A DNA stretch of 64,000 nucleotides from a virus (lineage: Duplodnaviria > Caudoviricetes): positions 32,001-96,000 of IMG/VR virus record IMGVR_UViG_3300013121_000025. One strand, 5' to 3'. The position numbers and the translations under genes are program-made. The notes under the pieces are model-generated. The model worked only from the letters and a program-made list of their open reading frames with translations, was not told where the DNA came from and searched no databases. Of the stretch, positions 38,236 through 48,754 are shown piece by piece. Every line of letters starts with the position of its first letter. Within the stretch, counting starts at the first letter, position 1.

Positions 38236-40056
38236 ATGAACAAAGATCATTTTTTAACTCACTTACGAGCTATTAAAATTCTAAAAGAAAACAATACTCT
38301 ATCAGTGCATTGGAAAACGTTTAGAGAGAAATTTCCTAATGAATGTATAACATTAATGGAATTAACTTCATTCTTACCAAGTGATTTTCCTATAAATCTA
38401 CGTTGGTTAATACTAATAAATGACATCAATGAAGTAGGTAAGTGTAAAGTATGTGGAGAGCTAACAACTTTTGATGCTTTTAATAAACGATTTAATTTAT
38501 TTTGTCGTAATAAAAACGGAAAATCATGTGCAATGCAAGATAGAGACATAAGAGATAAAAAAGATGATACAACTTTAACACGATATGGTGTGAAAAATAT
38601 TGCCAATATTCAAGCTACTACTAATAAACGAAAACAAACTATGTTGTCTCGTTATGGAGTAGACAGTGCATGTAAGATGGAAGGTAATAAAAGTCTAATT
38701 AAATACACCGACCAACTAAAAGAAAAACAAAGGGAGGGATGTTTTGAAAAATATGGTGTTTATAATTTTAACGAGTTAAAAGTGCCTAATCATATCCGTG
38801 AGTTGTGTAGTAATTATAATTGGATGTATAATCAATACATAACATTGCAAAAAGATAAAACAGATATTTGTTCTGAATTTGGAATTTCAAGTTATACATT
38901 AAGAAAATATTTAAACCAACATAATTTAACAGAAGAATTCAAAACACAACAATTAAACAAACAATTATCAGAATATTTAACCCAATTTACTGATACTAAA
39001 CATTTGCGAGATAAGAATTGGTTAACTGCTCTTTTTACTAATTATTATATCAGTCGTCAACAACTAGCGGACCATTTTAATGTATCAAGATCATATATTG
39101 ATAAATTGTGCAACGATTTTAATATATTAGATGTATCAAAATCGAACCACGAGAGTTCTTTTGAAACAAGTTTTTGTTCTTTTTTAACAAATCATAATAT
39201 TGAATTCGAAAAAAATAATAAAACGATAATTGCTCCTTATGAACTTGATTGTTACATACCAACCTTACGTTTAGCGATTGAATTATGTGGAATAAGATGG
39301 CATTCAGAGTTAAAAGGTAAAGATAAACACTACCATAAAAGAAAATGGCAAATGTGTCAAGATAATGGAATACAACTTATTCAAATTTGGGACAACGAGT
39401 GGAAGAATAGTGCAGATATAGTAAAATCTAAAATTCTTAATGCTTGTAAGAAAGCTTCTTCGATTTATGCAAGAAAAACTAAACTAATACAATTAACAAC
39501 CGAACAAGAACGAACATTTTTTAGTAAATCACATTTACAAGGACACCTCAATAGTACTATATGTTATGGATTAGAATTCAATAATACTATAGTTGCTGCA
39601 ATGTCTTTTATTAAATCGCGTTATAATAAACAATTTCAATGGGAACTTTTACGTTTTGCAAATTTGCCATCAACGCACGTGGTAGGAGGGGCAAGTAAAA
39701 TATTAAAATATTTCGAGCATGCTCACCATCCTAGTTCATTGATTAGTTATTGTGATATGAGATGGGGAACAGGTAACATGTATTTAAAAACAGGGTTCAC
39801 ATTGTCTCATATCAGCAATCCGAGTTATTATTATTTCAATATTAATGCTCCATTAAAACTATATCATCGATCAGCATATCAAAAACATAAATTAAAAGAA
39901 AAATTATTATCTTTTGATCCAATGAAAACAGAGTGGGATAACATGAAAGATAATAATTTTGATAGAATTTGGGATTGTGGGAACAAAGTGTTTATAAAAC
40001 ATTATGTGGAATTAGATACGTCTTCAACTAATATATTAGCTGTGCCAGAGGAATAA
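38236..40056 (+). CDS. Hef-like free-standing homing endonuclease (Vsr-like nuclease with RYGV repeats)
   Basis: CKVC zinc motif, RYGV/KYGV repeats, ELDCYIPTLRLAIELCGIRWHS nuclease, IYARK...WELLRFA...IWDCG C-terminal domain; antisense to the structural operon. Confidence 0.8.
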   Translation: MNKDHFLTHLRAIKILKENNTLSVHWKTFREKFPNECITLMELTSFLPSDFPINLRWLILINDINEVGKCKVCGELTTFDAFNKRFNLFCRNKNGKSCAMQDRDIRDKKDDTTLTRYGVKNIANIQATTNKRKQTMLSRYGVDSACKMEGNKSLIKYTDQLKEKQREGCFEKYGVYNFNELKVPNHIRELCSNYNWMYNQYITLQKDKTDICSEFGISSYTLRKYLNQHNLTEEFKTQQLNKQLSEYLTQFTDTKHLRDKNWLTALFTNYYISRQQLADHFNVSRSYIDKLCNDFNILDVSKSNHESSFETSFCSFLTNHNIEFEKNNKTIIAPYELDCYIPTLRLAIELCGIRWHSELKGKDKHYHKRKWQMCQDNGIQLIQIWDNEWKNSADIVKSKILNACKKASSIYARKTKLIQLTTEQERTFFSKSHLQGHLNSTICYGLEFNNTIVAAMSFIKSRYNKQFQWELLRFANLPSTHVVGGASKILKYFEHAHHPSSLISYCDMRWGTGNMYLKTGFTLSHISNPSYYYFNINAPLKLYHRSAYQKHKLKEKLLSFDPMKTEWDNMKDNNFDRIWDCGNKVFIKHYVELDTSSTNILAVPEE

Positions 40057-40778
40057 TTAGTGGATTCAAACCCATCTAATGTAGTGGTTATATAGTTCTC
40101 AAACGCATCGTTAGTACTCAAAATACTTAATTTTGTGAATACTTTATTAACGAAAGTTTTCTTTTGTTCAGCAGGAACGCCTAACCATATAGGCAAATTA
40201 AATTTCAACTCTGTGGTAATTAAACGTGGATTTTCATTAGCAGGATATTCTTCACGTAAATCTATTCCTGTCAATTCAACCATAGTAATTTTAGTCATAT
40301 CAAACAATGCATCTGATTTTTGAATTTGTACAATAGGATCAAAATAAACTAATATTTGCTCAAGGATTTGTCGTTGTTGATTAGAATTGGAAGTAATGAT
40401 GGATAACTCCATTTCCATATCATAAGGAACAGGCATCACTTGTTTAACCATTTTAATATCTGTAGGGAATACACCACCCAACGGAAGATATGTAAATTCT
40501 CTCGTTGTTCCTGTTCCTTTCATTCTTTCCTTTGATATGTTTAATCCTGTCATATAAGCACTCATCATAGGAATCTTAATAAGTGCGTTTTGAGTATTAT
40601 TGGCAATTATTGATGCTGTTACACGATCTTTGCTGCCATATACAATAGGAACTGGTAAATCATGAACGTTACCGTCACGACGAACGCCAGTTTTTACAAT
40701 CAATCCTTCAAAAATGGCCATAAATTGTATTTGAAATTTAGCAATTTGTTCTTCGAAAAAATACCCTTCGTATGCCAT
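40002..40778 (-). CDS. tail terminator/sheath stabiliser (gp15-like)
   Basis: YFFEEQI, VPIVYG, PVPYDMEMELSI, QILEQILVYFDP. Confidence 0.85.
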   Translation of the reverse strand: MAYEGYFFEEQIAKFQIQFMAIFEGLIVKTGVRRDGNVHDLPVPIVYGSKDRVTASIIANNTQNALIKIPMMSAYMTGLNISKERMKGTGTTREFTYLPLGGVFPTDIKMVKQVMPVPYDMEMELSIITSNSNQQRQILEQILVYFDPIVQIQKSDALFDMTKITMVELTGIDLREEYPANENPRLITTELKFNLPIWLGVPAEQKKTFVNKVFTKLSILSTNDAFENYITTTLDGFESTNYSSGTANILVEDVSNST

Positions 40779-42331
40779 TATGATTTACCTACTTTATCGT
40801 TTGCAATTGATCCGCTGCTTATTGTTTGATTTTGTAATGTTGGTTTTGTCTTATTAAATTCAAAACGACGATCAGCTTCACAAAAAATCCATTTATTCTT
40901 AATTGCACTAAATCTAAACAATCTTGGCGGAATGTTATTATTTACACTCGAATATGTTAAGCGGTGATACGCCTTATCTGAAGGGCGCGTTGGAAAAGTA
41001 TCTCCTTCGGTATATGGTTCAGCATTAGGTGGTAAGCCGTCTTCAATATATACACCTTTCTTTGGAAGATTTGTTTTTGCACTTATACTCTTACTTGGAG
41101 GAGCGTTTTCATCTTTAGGAATTTCAGCAACAAAGAACGAATCCGCACCACGTTCAGGTGTGTTTTCTTTAGCTTGTTGGAAAATTCTATCACTAATTTC
41201 ATCAACATTCTGGTATTGTTCATCCCCATTTTGAGCGAATCCAATAGCATCTTTGTCTTTTCTAAATCCATTAACTAAATCCATTGTTTCTTGTGATGCA
41301 AATATAGGATGTGCTACAATTTTCTGTAATGTTGGCCTCCACCCAGGTGTATAACCTTCGGTTGCCCACGATACATCTGTAACTTCAAGATATTTTTTTA
41401 CTGGTTGTAAAGTAGTAGTATATTGTGTCTCGTTCGGAACTTCTAGTATATCTCCAATCACTATCGGACGACCAAGAATTCTAATCGTGTCAACAAACGC
41501 AGTAATGAAAGTGAATGGGAAATTTGTTGTTGAAATTCCCATTTTTGATAACTCAGAACGAACATCGACTAATTCATAATACATCTTAACTTGTAGTGCT
41601 TCAGTATTATAATCACGATCTCTACTTTCTATAAATCCATACTGATCTTGTAAACCACCAAATTGTGTTTGTTCATTATTAGCAAATGCTAATTTCATAA
41701 CATGCCAACTATCTGTTGCACCGCCGTTAAACGCAGTTGGACGAATTCTCCAATATCTGGATTTAACTGATGGTTTAACATTATATGTATGACTTTGATC
41801 GTCGTCTGTTAATGTTAAAATTGAAACGCCAAACCAATCCCTACCATTCTGTGAACGCTCAAGTCGAACTTTTGTTGCTCTATTTTGTGAAAGAGCAGCT
41901 TGTTGAATTGTTACTTCAGTAACCATATAAGTGTTCTCTGTCTCGACACCATATATTGTACGTCCTGCAGCAATTAAAGGACCATAATCATAACCAATAA
42001 AAGAATTTGTTAATACGGCATTTCCTTTTTGTGTTGATTTCCAACCAGTGCAAGGGGTTACAGTAAAGACGTCTGATGATGGTAAAGAAGATACTTCACC
42101 AGATGAAATCGAATTACCGTATCCATTTCCAATTGTAGTTCTATTTTGTTCATGTATTCCGAGTAATTTAAAAACATTAATGTTCGAAGCACCCATTTTA
42201 AGATGCTCCGTAACATATAATTCTTGTAAATTAGAATCAGTGCTCTCGGATAATGAGAACAATGGATTACACATTAATCCCCAAGGATCATTATTAAGAC
42301 GTTCTTGGATTGTTGGATTTTCACAAGTCAT
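40778..42331 (-). CDS. neck/head-closure protein (gp14-like) with inserted discoidin-like domain
   Basis: ESRDRDY, LSKMGI, LGRPIVIGDILEVP; insertion containing SRYWRIRP; located between gp13 and gp15. Confidence 0.7.
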   Translation of the reverse strand: MTCENPTIQERLNNDPWGLMCNPLFSLSESTDSNLQELYVTEHLKMGASNINVFKLLGIHEQNRTTIGNGYGNSISSGEVSSLPSSDVFTVTPCTGWKSTQKGNAVLTNSFIGYDYGPLIAAGRTIYGVETENTYMVTEVTIQQAALSQNRATKVRLERSQNGRDWFGVSILTLTDDDQSHTYNVKPSVKSRYWRIRPTAFNGGATDSWHVMKLAFANNEQTQFGGLQDQYGFIESRDRDYNTEALQVKMYYELVDVRSELSKMGISTTNFPFTFITAFVDTIRILGRPIVIGDILEVPNETQYTTTLQPVKKYLEVTDVSWATEGYTPGWRPTLQKIVAHPIFASQETMDLVNGFRKDKDAIGFAQNGDEQYQNVDEISDRIFQQAKENTPERGADSFFVAEIPKDENAPPSKSISAKTNLPKKGVYIEDGLPPNAEPYTEGDTFPTRPSDKAYHRLTYSSVNNNIPPRLFRFSAIKNKWIFCEADRRFEFNKTKPTLQNQTISSGSIANDKVGKS

Positions 42332-42334
42332 GTT

Positions 42335-45277
42335 TTAACCTATAATAATATCAGCACCAATGCCGATGTTTTCAATTTCACTTGCAATATATTCATCGAT
42401 ATCTGTGTAACATTGATCAATTAATTCTTGACCAGCTGTTCTCATATCTGTTGCATTTAATGTTACACCACCACCAGCACCTGGTAGAGTAGAGAATTTA
42501 CCTCTTATTTCCGCCAACATTAACATCGCAAATCCTGTTGCAAATTTTTCTAACCATACTTTACATATTCTGTCTTTCATTAATTCTTGTTCTGTACGTT
42601 CAACAATAACGTCTAACAAAATACGTTCATTAGAACCAAATGTTTGATGGAAATATAACTTTCTATTATCTTCATCAAATGTAAACATTAAGTTTGCAGC
42701 AAACATCATGTTCATTAATTCGATATAGTCACTCATAATATGATAACTTACTAAATCGAAACTTCCCATTTGATATAAATGTTGCAACATTGCTTGACCG
42801 TATGCACCTTGTCCTGTTGCATTACCTAAGAACGAAGATTGAATGCGATATGCAGCCATAACACGTGAAATCTTATGGAATCCTACTGTTTTATCTGATA
42901 ATTCATAAATCTGACGACCAGGAACAATATTCATAAAGAAGAATCCACGTTTGTATGCACTTGAGCTTCTTGCTCTAAATTCTTCTAATGCTTTTCTTAT
43001 ACAATGATCTAATTGTTCTGCAGTCAATTCAACATTGATTGATGGACTTCCTAAACGTTGTAATACATAGGTCATCAATTGTTTGCGTTCGTCTGATGAA
43101 CCATCTGATCCAACACCTTCGATCGCATAACCTTGAACATCAGGAATCTCATCTCTTCCTGGTTCCATTAATTTAATAAAAGTTGGAATAGAAATAGATG
43201 TAAATAGTGTTCCATCTGTTATTCTTACATATGCCTGACTTCCTAATTCACCTGTAATGAATACCATATTACCTTGGTCGTTTAATACTACATAAGCATC
43301 AGGGGTTCCTTCTACCCATGCACCATCTGTCCATGTATAAAGTAATGTATCTAAAGTATTGTAATATGTGTAACCTTCAACTGGAGTATATGGAGTAGTC
43401 TGATAAGTACTGCTTATCCAAGTACTACCGTTCCAATAAAATAATCCTGGTAAATCAGAGTCGAACCAATATGTTCCAGAAGCGATTGCATTTCTGTCAA
43501 TATCACTTATAAATGGTGTAAATGTTACCCATGCGCTTCCGTTCCAATATTTCCAAACTTCATCTGATGCATTATACCATACGTCATTTGTGTTAGGTAA
43601 ATTTGGTGCATGACTGTATTCCATTACTTCAGTTTCAATCCAATCAATACCATCCCATACATAATATAATTCTGTATCAGTATTAAACCAAGCAGTGCCA
43701 GCATCTAATGTAGGAACTGCTGCAGGATCATTTGTTGATTGAATAAAGTTAGTAACATTTACCCAACCATTAGGACTTGCAAATGTCCAAACATATAATT
43801 CATCTGTATTAGAATTCCACCATAATTGGCAAGAATCTCTGTCTGTTGGATCTGCATGATATATTGTAACAGACGTAATGATCCAAGTTGTACCGTTCCA
43901 AATACGTAAGACATCAGATGAATCTAACCACATATCATCGACAGCAGGATCTGTTGGAGCGGTTCCTATCGTAAGAGGACTTAATGATTCACTCCAAACA
44001 TTATCGACGGTATAAACATACATTGTTTCTGTTTCATAATTAAACCATAAACTACCTGTTGTAATAGCATTAGGATCATTAGAATCGTAAATTACTTCAA
44101 CAGCAACCCATTGATTACAATCTTCTTTCCATTGATAAAGAATTTTTGTAGTTGTATTGTACCAATATGTACCAATATCAGGATATGATGCTGTAGATGG
44201 ATCTTCATTTGTGGAATACATCAAAATATCACACCAAACGACCCCATTCCATTTATGTAACGTTGTACCATCAAACCAATATGATGATTGCTTTAACGCA
44301 CTTGTAGGATCGATATCAGATGTTACATAACTAGTGGTGTTCCATGCTGATCCCGTCCATTGTTTAAGTATAGAGGTTGAATTTTTAAACCAATATTCTC
44401 CAGTAGCAATAACTATCGGATCGTCATCTAATGTAACTGTTGGAGCAGCAGTATGTTCTTCACCATCCCAAACATAAACTGTATCATTACTTGTATTATA
44501 ATACAAAGCACCGGCATTTGGCAGTCCTGCACTTTGAGGATAGTTTGACATCAAACGTAATTCGAGATTAATAGCATCGACTAAATCGCCAAATGTTTGC
44601 GCGTCTGCGCCATCAATAGTGATAACAGTTCCTGTTGTATCTTTAGGATCAAGGAAGATGTTAAACGTGTACGAAGTAGTTGAAGATAATCCTGTTGAAT
44701 CACCTGCATTAGCACCTGTAGAGATATTCGAAATTCCCCACAAGTTAATATCGAAAAGACTTGAATTATCAACAGCACCAAGTAATACTAATTGGTAAGA
44801 TGGTAATTGTTCACGTTTGTTAGGACTATCGACACCTGTTGGAAGGGAATATGCGTGGGTTCCTTCTCTATGATATCTTAATTGTTTATCAACAGCATAA
44901 CCTGAAATATAAACAGGAGTGTTAGCAGGTAAGTTAGTAATGTCAAAGAATGTAGTATCTTTATCATCATAAAATGCTCCAATTACCAATGCTGTTCCGA
45001 TTGTATCCCCTGCATGAAGGTTTTGTGAAGCAGTTGGATCAGCAGTATAAACTATTTTATTCGTTGGTGTTGTTGATAAGGAAGCTGCAACAGTATCGTA
45101 AGTTATTACAATACCGTTATATGCTTGATTATCTTCGTTACAGCCAAACGCTGGAGATGGAATATTCCACGACACTCTTCCTGTCGTAGGACCAGTTTTT
45201 GTGAAAGTTAACGTAATTTGTAAACCTTCAAGTCTAATTTGGTTTGGTGCATCAGCTGGTGGTTGGAGACGTGACAT
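42335..45277 (-). CDS. neck adaptor (gp13-like) with a ~730-aa N-terminal extension of Trp-rich repeats
   Basis: C-terminal YVLQRLGSPSINVELTAEQL...RGKFSTLPGAGGGVTLN; repeated GxxWxNxxxxxLxxWxGxxW units. Confidence 0.85.
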   Translation of the reverse strand: MSRLQPPADAPNQIRLEGLQITLTFTKTGPTTGRVSWNIPSPAFGCNEDNQAYNGIVITYDTVAASLSTTPTNKIVYTADPTASQNLHAGDTIGTALVIGAFYDDKDTTFFDITNLPANTPVYISGYAVDKQLRYHREGTHAYSLPTGVDSPNKREQLPSYQLVLLGAVDNSSLFDINLWGISNISTGANAGDSTGLSSTTSYTFNIFLDPKDTTGTVITIDGADAQTFGDLVDAINLELRLMSNYPQSAGLPNAGALYYNTSNDTVYVWDGEEHTAAPTVTLDDDPIVIATGEYWFKNSTSILKQWTGSAWNTTSYVTSDIDPTSALKQSSYWFDGTTLHKWNGVVWCDILMYSTNEDPSTASYPDIGTYWYNTTTKILYQWKEDCNQWVAVEVIYDSNDPNAITTGSLWFNYETETMYVYTVDNVWSESLSPLTIGTAPTDPAVDDMWLDSSDVLRIWNGTTWIITSVTIYHADPTDRDSCQLWWNSNTDELYVWTFASPNGWVNVTNFIQSTNDPAAVPTLDAGTAWFNTDTELYYVWDGIDWIETEVMEYSHAPNLPNTNDVWYNASDEVWKYWNGSAWVTFTPFISDIDRNAIASGTYWFDSDLPGLFYWNGSTWISSTYQTTPYTPVEGYTYYNTLDTLLYTWTDGAWVEGTPDAYVVLNDQGNMVFITGELGSQAYVRITDGTLFTSISIPTFIKLMEPGRDEIPDVQGYAIEGVGSDGSSDERKQLMTYVLQRLGSPSINVELTAEQLDHCIRKALEEFRARSSSAYKRGFFFMNIVPGRQIYELSDKTVGFHKISRVMAAYRIQSSFLGNATGQGAYGQAMLQHLYQMGSFDLVSYHIMSDYIELMNMMFAANLMFTFDEDNRKLYFHQTFGSNERILLDVIVERTEQELMKDRICKVWLEKFATGFAMLMLAEIRGKFSTLPGAGGGVTLNATDMRTAGQELIDQCYTDIDEYIASEIENIGIGADIIIG

Positions 45278-45307
45278 TGAAATACCCAGGTTTTGTTAGG
45301 TATTTAT

Positions 45308-45760
45308 TCAATTTGCCAATTCACTTAGTACATCTACGAGGTGTAATTGTATTCTTTTGAATTGGTACATGCTTATATTTTGATGGTCTAATAATAATAA
45401 ATCCAAATAGGAAGCAATATCTGTTAACCCGACACGTGGTAATATTTGTTTGTCCTCAATTCTTTTTAAGAAATCAATAAGGGGATCAATATATTCTTGT
45501 TTGAGTACACTTCGTTTAGTGTCATATGAGAAATAGTAACTTTCGACAAATTCGTACAAAGATTTTTTTGCATCTTCAAATTGATCATATGGAATTGGAG
45601 TGCCATTTAAAGTTGTTTTAAGATGGGTAGTTGTTGGTTGCATAAGGAAAAACATCTTCGCTGCAACTGTAGTATCGTATAAATCTTCTAATGTGGGATT
45701 ACCAGGTTGGAAACTTTTATTTGCTAAATCTGTTAATAGTACACTCAATCTTTTAGTCAT
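45308..45760 (-). CDS. hypothetical protein
   Basis: 150-aa ORF with an RBS. Confidence 0.65.
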   Translation of the reverse strand: MTKRLSVLLTDLANKSFQPGNPTLEDLYDTTVAAKMFFLMQPTTTHLKTTLNGTPIPYDQFEDAKKSLYEFVESYYFSYDTKRSVLKQEYIDPLIDFLKRIEDKQILPRVGLTDIASYLDLLLLDHQNISMYQFKRIQLHLVDVLSELAN

Positions 45761-46139
45761 TTTCTTCCTCTTTTTCTTCTTTTTCTTTAAAATTCATTTT
45801 TGAAAGCCACGAGTCAATATTAGTATTATTATCTAGCCAATTTAATATCTTTTCGTTTTTCCATGATAATGTATATTTTGTATTTGGGTCAACGGAATCA
45901 ACATCTAAAAAGGATATAGAATGTATTAATGGTGTTTGATAAGTTGGCCATGAACATTCAACCATTACTGTGCACTTAGGCTTGAGAGAGATTTCTTTTC
46001 TTGTTTGGTCTTGTTCAATAACCGGTAATTTACAGTACTTTTTCATAATATATCTTGTAGTAGTAATCGGCGTTCGTGAAAGGGATTCAACGAGAATTTC
46101 TTTCGATATTAAGTATTCTTTAAACGAATTAGGCTTCAT
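45753..46139 (-). CDS. hypothetical protein with capsid-targeting-like N-terminus (MKPNSFKEYL)
   Basis: 128 aa; late promoter TATAAATA at 46167-46174. Confidence 0.65.
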   Translation of the reverse strand: MKPNSFKEYLISKEILVESLSRTPITTTRYIMKKYCKLPVIEQDQTRKEISLKPKCTVMVECSWPTYQTPLIHSISFLDVDSVDPNTKYTLSWKNEKILNWLDNNTNIDSWLSKMNFKEKEEKEEEND

Positions 46140-46195
46140 TAAAATATTTTACAATCCAATTTCAAATATTTATAAGAAAGGTTTTGATGGAAAAT

Positions 46196-46223
46196 AAAAA
46201 ACCCGGCCACGGCCGGGTTTTTT
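46196..46223. terminator. intrinsic terminator after the major capsid gene
   Basis: AAAAAACCCGGCC-AC-GGCCGGGTTTTTT. Confidence 0.85.
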
Positions 46224-46244
46224 ACTATAACATTTCTTCGTGTA

Positions 46245-47663
46245 TTAAGCGAAGGACATATCTGTGATGTTCAACTTAGCGTAGTAGTCCGCTGAGTTGC
46301 CAAGAGATGTCTGGCTGTTGGTGAAGATTGCCTTACCGTAACGTGTCATTAAACTTACAACTGGTTGGAATGTAAGTGGGTTAACAACAACACCAGAAGA
46401 CATTAATGGGATATATGGGCAGTAGAAGTAACCTGCGTCTGTCTCACCATTTCCACCTTTATAACCTACTAACACTGTATCATTACCTGAACCATAAGAA
46501 ACTGGTGAGGATGGATATACAGAGTCAACATCTGTAGATACTACGTTGTTCCAAAGGTAGCTGTACACTTTAATTGTACCGTTTAAAGTACCAACTAATT
46601 GTGTATTGTTTGGACCTTTGAAAGAGCCTTGTGTTGCTGGAGCAAACACAGATTTAGCAGCTGTTTGAAGAGCAGTAACAACCATTGGGCTAACTACGAT
46701 GTAGTTACCTGGTCCTTTACGTGTCTTGCGAGCGATTTCGTTAGCAAGGTAGTTGATCATTACTGATAAACCAGCTAAACGGTCGCCAACATAAGCTGGC
46801 TTGTAGTTACCGATTGCACCAACGGAACCGTCGTATGCACCAACTGTACCTGCAAGAGCAAGTAAGTCGCCGATAACTTCTGCGTCGATGTCCTGAACGA
46901 TCTGTGCAGACAATGCAGTTGTCATTTCGTTCTCGAGGTCGAGACCGTGACCAGCATTAAGATCCTGCATAGCTTCGATTGTCCATCCAGCTTGCAATTT
47001 ACGTGAACCAGCTTCAACAGCCTGGCTGATTACTTCAAGTGACATTTTACGTCCACCTGAACCTTCAATTTGACCACCGTGACCACCGCGATGTAAACCA
47101 ACGCCGCTTGTAATGGTTGCGAATGCAGAATCTGCAGTTTCGTCTAACCAGTAGTTACCATCAGCACCTGTACCAGTGATGTCACCTGGTGTACCTGGAC
47201 CGATGCCAGAAGCACCAGCAGATTCACCTACGCCAACTGTGCCTGCTTTACCAGAGTAGAAGCCATAGATTGGGTTAGAACCAGCTACAGAGTTGTAGTG
47301 ATCGTTACCAAACGCTTCTGAACCAGCAGCGATAGACTTAGCATTACCGAACTGATCGGTACCTGCAACAGCTTCAGCGTATTTATAACGTAATGAATAT
47401 ACAAGGCCAACTGGACCTGTCATTGGCTGTACGCCAACAAGTTCGGTTGCAATTGTGCCAGGGATGATACGACGAATCATTGGAATCATGATCTTGCGGA
47501 AACCAGCAATATCAGCACCACGTGTCGCGCCATCAGCAGCATTTTCTCTAAGGATTAAATCTTTTTGGTTCTCGAGAAGAGGGGCTACAATTTTCTTCTT
47601 TTGAGAATCCAATCCTTCGAGGAGAGTATTTTTAACTTCAGCCCAATTTTGTAAAATGTCCAT
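46245..47663 (-). CDS. major capsid protein (gp23-like)
   Basis: LLENQ, VGVQPMTGPVGLVYSLRY, SRKLQAGWTIEAMQDL, DAGYFYCPYIPL, FQPVVSLMTRYG. Confidence 0.97.
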   Translation of the reverse strand: MDILQNWAEVKNTLLEGLDSQKKKIVAPLLENQKDLILRENAADGATRGADIAGFRKIMIPMIRRIIPGTIATELVGVQPMTGPVGLVYSLRYKYAEAVAGTDQFGNAKSIAAGSEAFGNDHYNSVAGSNPIYGFYSGKAGTVGVGESAGASGIGPGTPGDITGTGADGNYWLDETADSAFATITSGVGLHRGGHGGQIEGSGGRKMSLEVISQAVEAGSRKLQAGWTIEAMQDLNAGHGLDLENEMTTALSAQIVQDIDAEVIGDLLALAGTVGAYDGSVGAIGNYKPAYVGDRLAGLSVMINYLANEIARKTRKGPGNYIVVSPMVVTALQTAAKSVFAPATQGSFKGPNNTQLVGTLNGTIKVYSYLWNNVVSTDVDSVYPSSPVSYGSGNDTVLVGYKGGNGETDAGYFYCPYIPLMSSGVVVNPLTFQPVVSLMTRYGKAIFTNSQTSLGNSADYYAKLNITDMSFA

Positions 47664-47693
47664 GTTTTTTCTCCTAAATTATGACATTAAAAA

Positions 47694-48617
47694 TTATTCA
47701 TCGATACCTGATAAACGACGAAGCTTTGCTTTCATTTCTGCAATTGCTGGGTCTTCAACAGACTCATTAACTACAGTTTTTACTTCATCATCACCAGACT
47801 TAACGATTGTCTTTTTATCGTTCTTGGATACGTCATCGGAAGATCCTTCAGCGAGTACTTTATTTTCCTTCTCTTTTGAATCGTCTGACTCTCTAACCAC
47901 ACGGCCGATGAATTGTTTAAATCCTTCGTCGAGTTGGTTAGTTGGAAGTTTTGCGAGAATAGTCTCCATCACTTCACGTTTTTTACCGCTAAGAGGAGCC
48001 AAGAGTTCCTTCAACTTAGCGTTACGAACTTGCTCGTCGATCTGAGCCTTAGACTCTTTCAACTGGCGGTTAGCCTTTTGGAGCTGTTCGCGTGTTTCTT
48101 TTAATTCTACTTCAACCTTTGAACCGTCAACGAAATTCTTACGATATTCATTTACGAATGCTTCAAATACATTACGTCCGAATTCGGATTCCTTAACACG
48201 ATTCATGTCTTCTTTCAATTCTTCCATTTCAGCAGCTAAACGAAGTTCTAAGAATGCATCAATTTTCTCAACTAATGTGTTGATATCAGATTGTAATTGA
48301 ACTTTCATTTTTGCCTTTTCTTCAACAATCTTTTCAGCATATTCTGCTTCAAGGTCACGGAAACGAGAAATGTCTTCTCTTAAATCTTCAAATTCCTTTA
48401 CACAAAACTCACTTACTTTTGAATCGATTGCTTCAATCAACGCATCACGCTCTACTGCCCACTGTTCCTTAAGTTCTGCACGAACTACGGTTTCGGTCTC
48501 AGCACGAGCAACTGCTTTTGCTTCATTTAATTCTGCGGTAATTGCTTCTTGCAACTGAACTTTTACATCTTCTGTAAGAATGTCAGCGCTAAGCAATTTT
48601 GCTAATAGTTCATTCAT
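47694..48617 (-). CDS. prohead core scaffold protein (gp22-like)
   Basis: E/K-rich coiled coil between the protease and capsid genes; ends LRRLSGI. Confidence 0.85.
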   Translation of the reverse strand: MNELLAKLLSADILTEDVKVQLQEAITAELNEAKAVARAETETVVRAELKEQWAVERDALIEAIDSKVSEFCVKEFEDLREDISRFRDLEAEYAEKIVEEKAKMKVQLQSDINTLVEKIDAFLELRLAAEMEELKEDMNRVKESEFGRNVFEAFVNEYRKNFVDGSKVEVELKETREQLQKANRQLKESKAQIDEQVRNAKLKELLAPLSGKKREVMETILAKLPTNQLDEGFKQFIGRVVRESDDSKEKENKVLAEGSSDDVSKNDKKTIVKSGDDEVKTVVNESVEDPAIAEMKAKLRRLSGIDE

Positions 48618-48702
48618 TGTGTTTCTCCTATAGACAATGGGTTATGTCAATATTATTTAGTATATAACTTCTTAATATTTAAGAGATTTTTTATGTGATG
48701 TT

Positions 48703-48738
48703 AAAACTCCACTAAAATCAATCATTTAGTGGAGTTTT
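48703..48738. terminator. 14-bp inverted repeat (terminator-like)
   Basis: AAAACTCCACTAAA-ATCAATCA-TTTAGTGGAGTTTT. Confidence 0.6.
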
Positions 48739-48754
48739 TGATTTTTGATATTTT

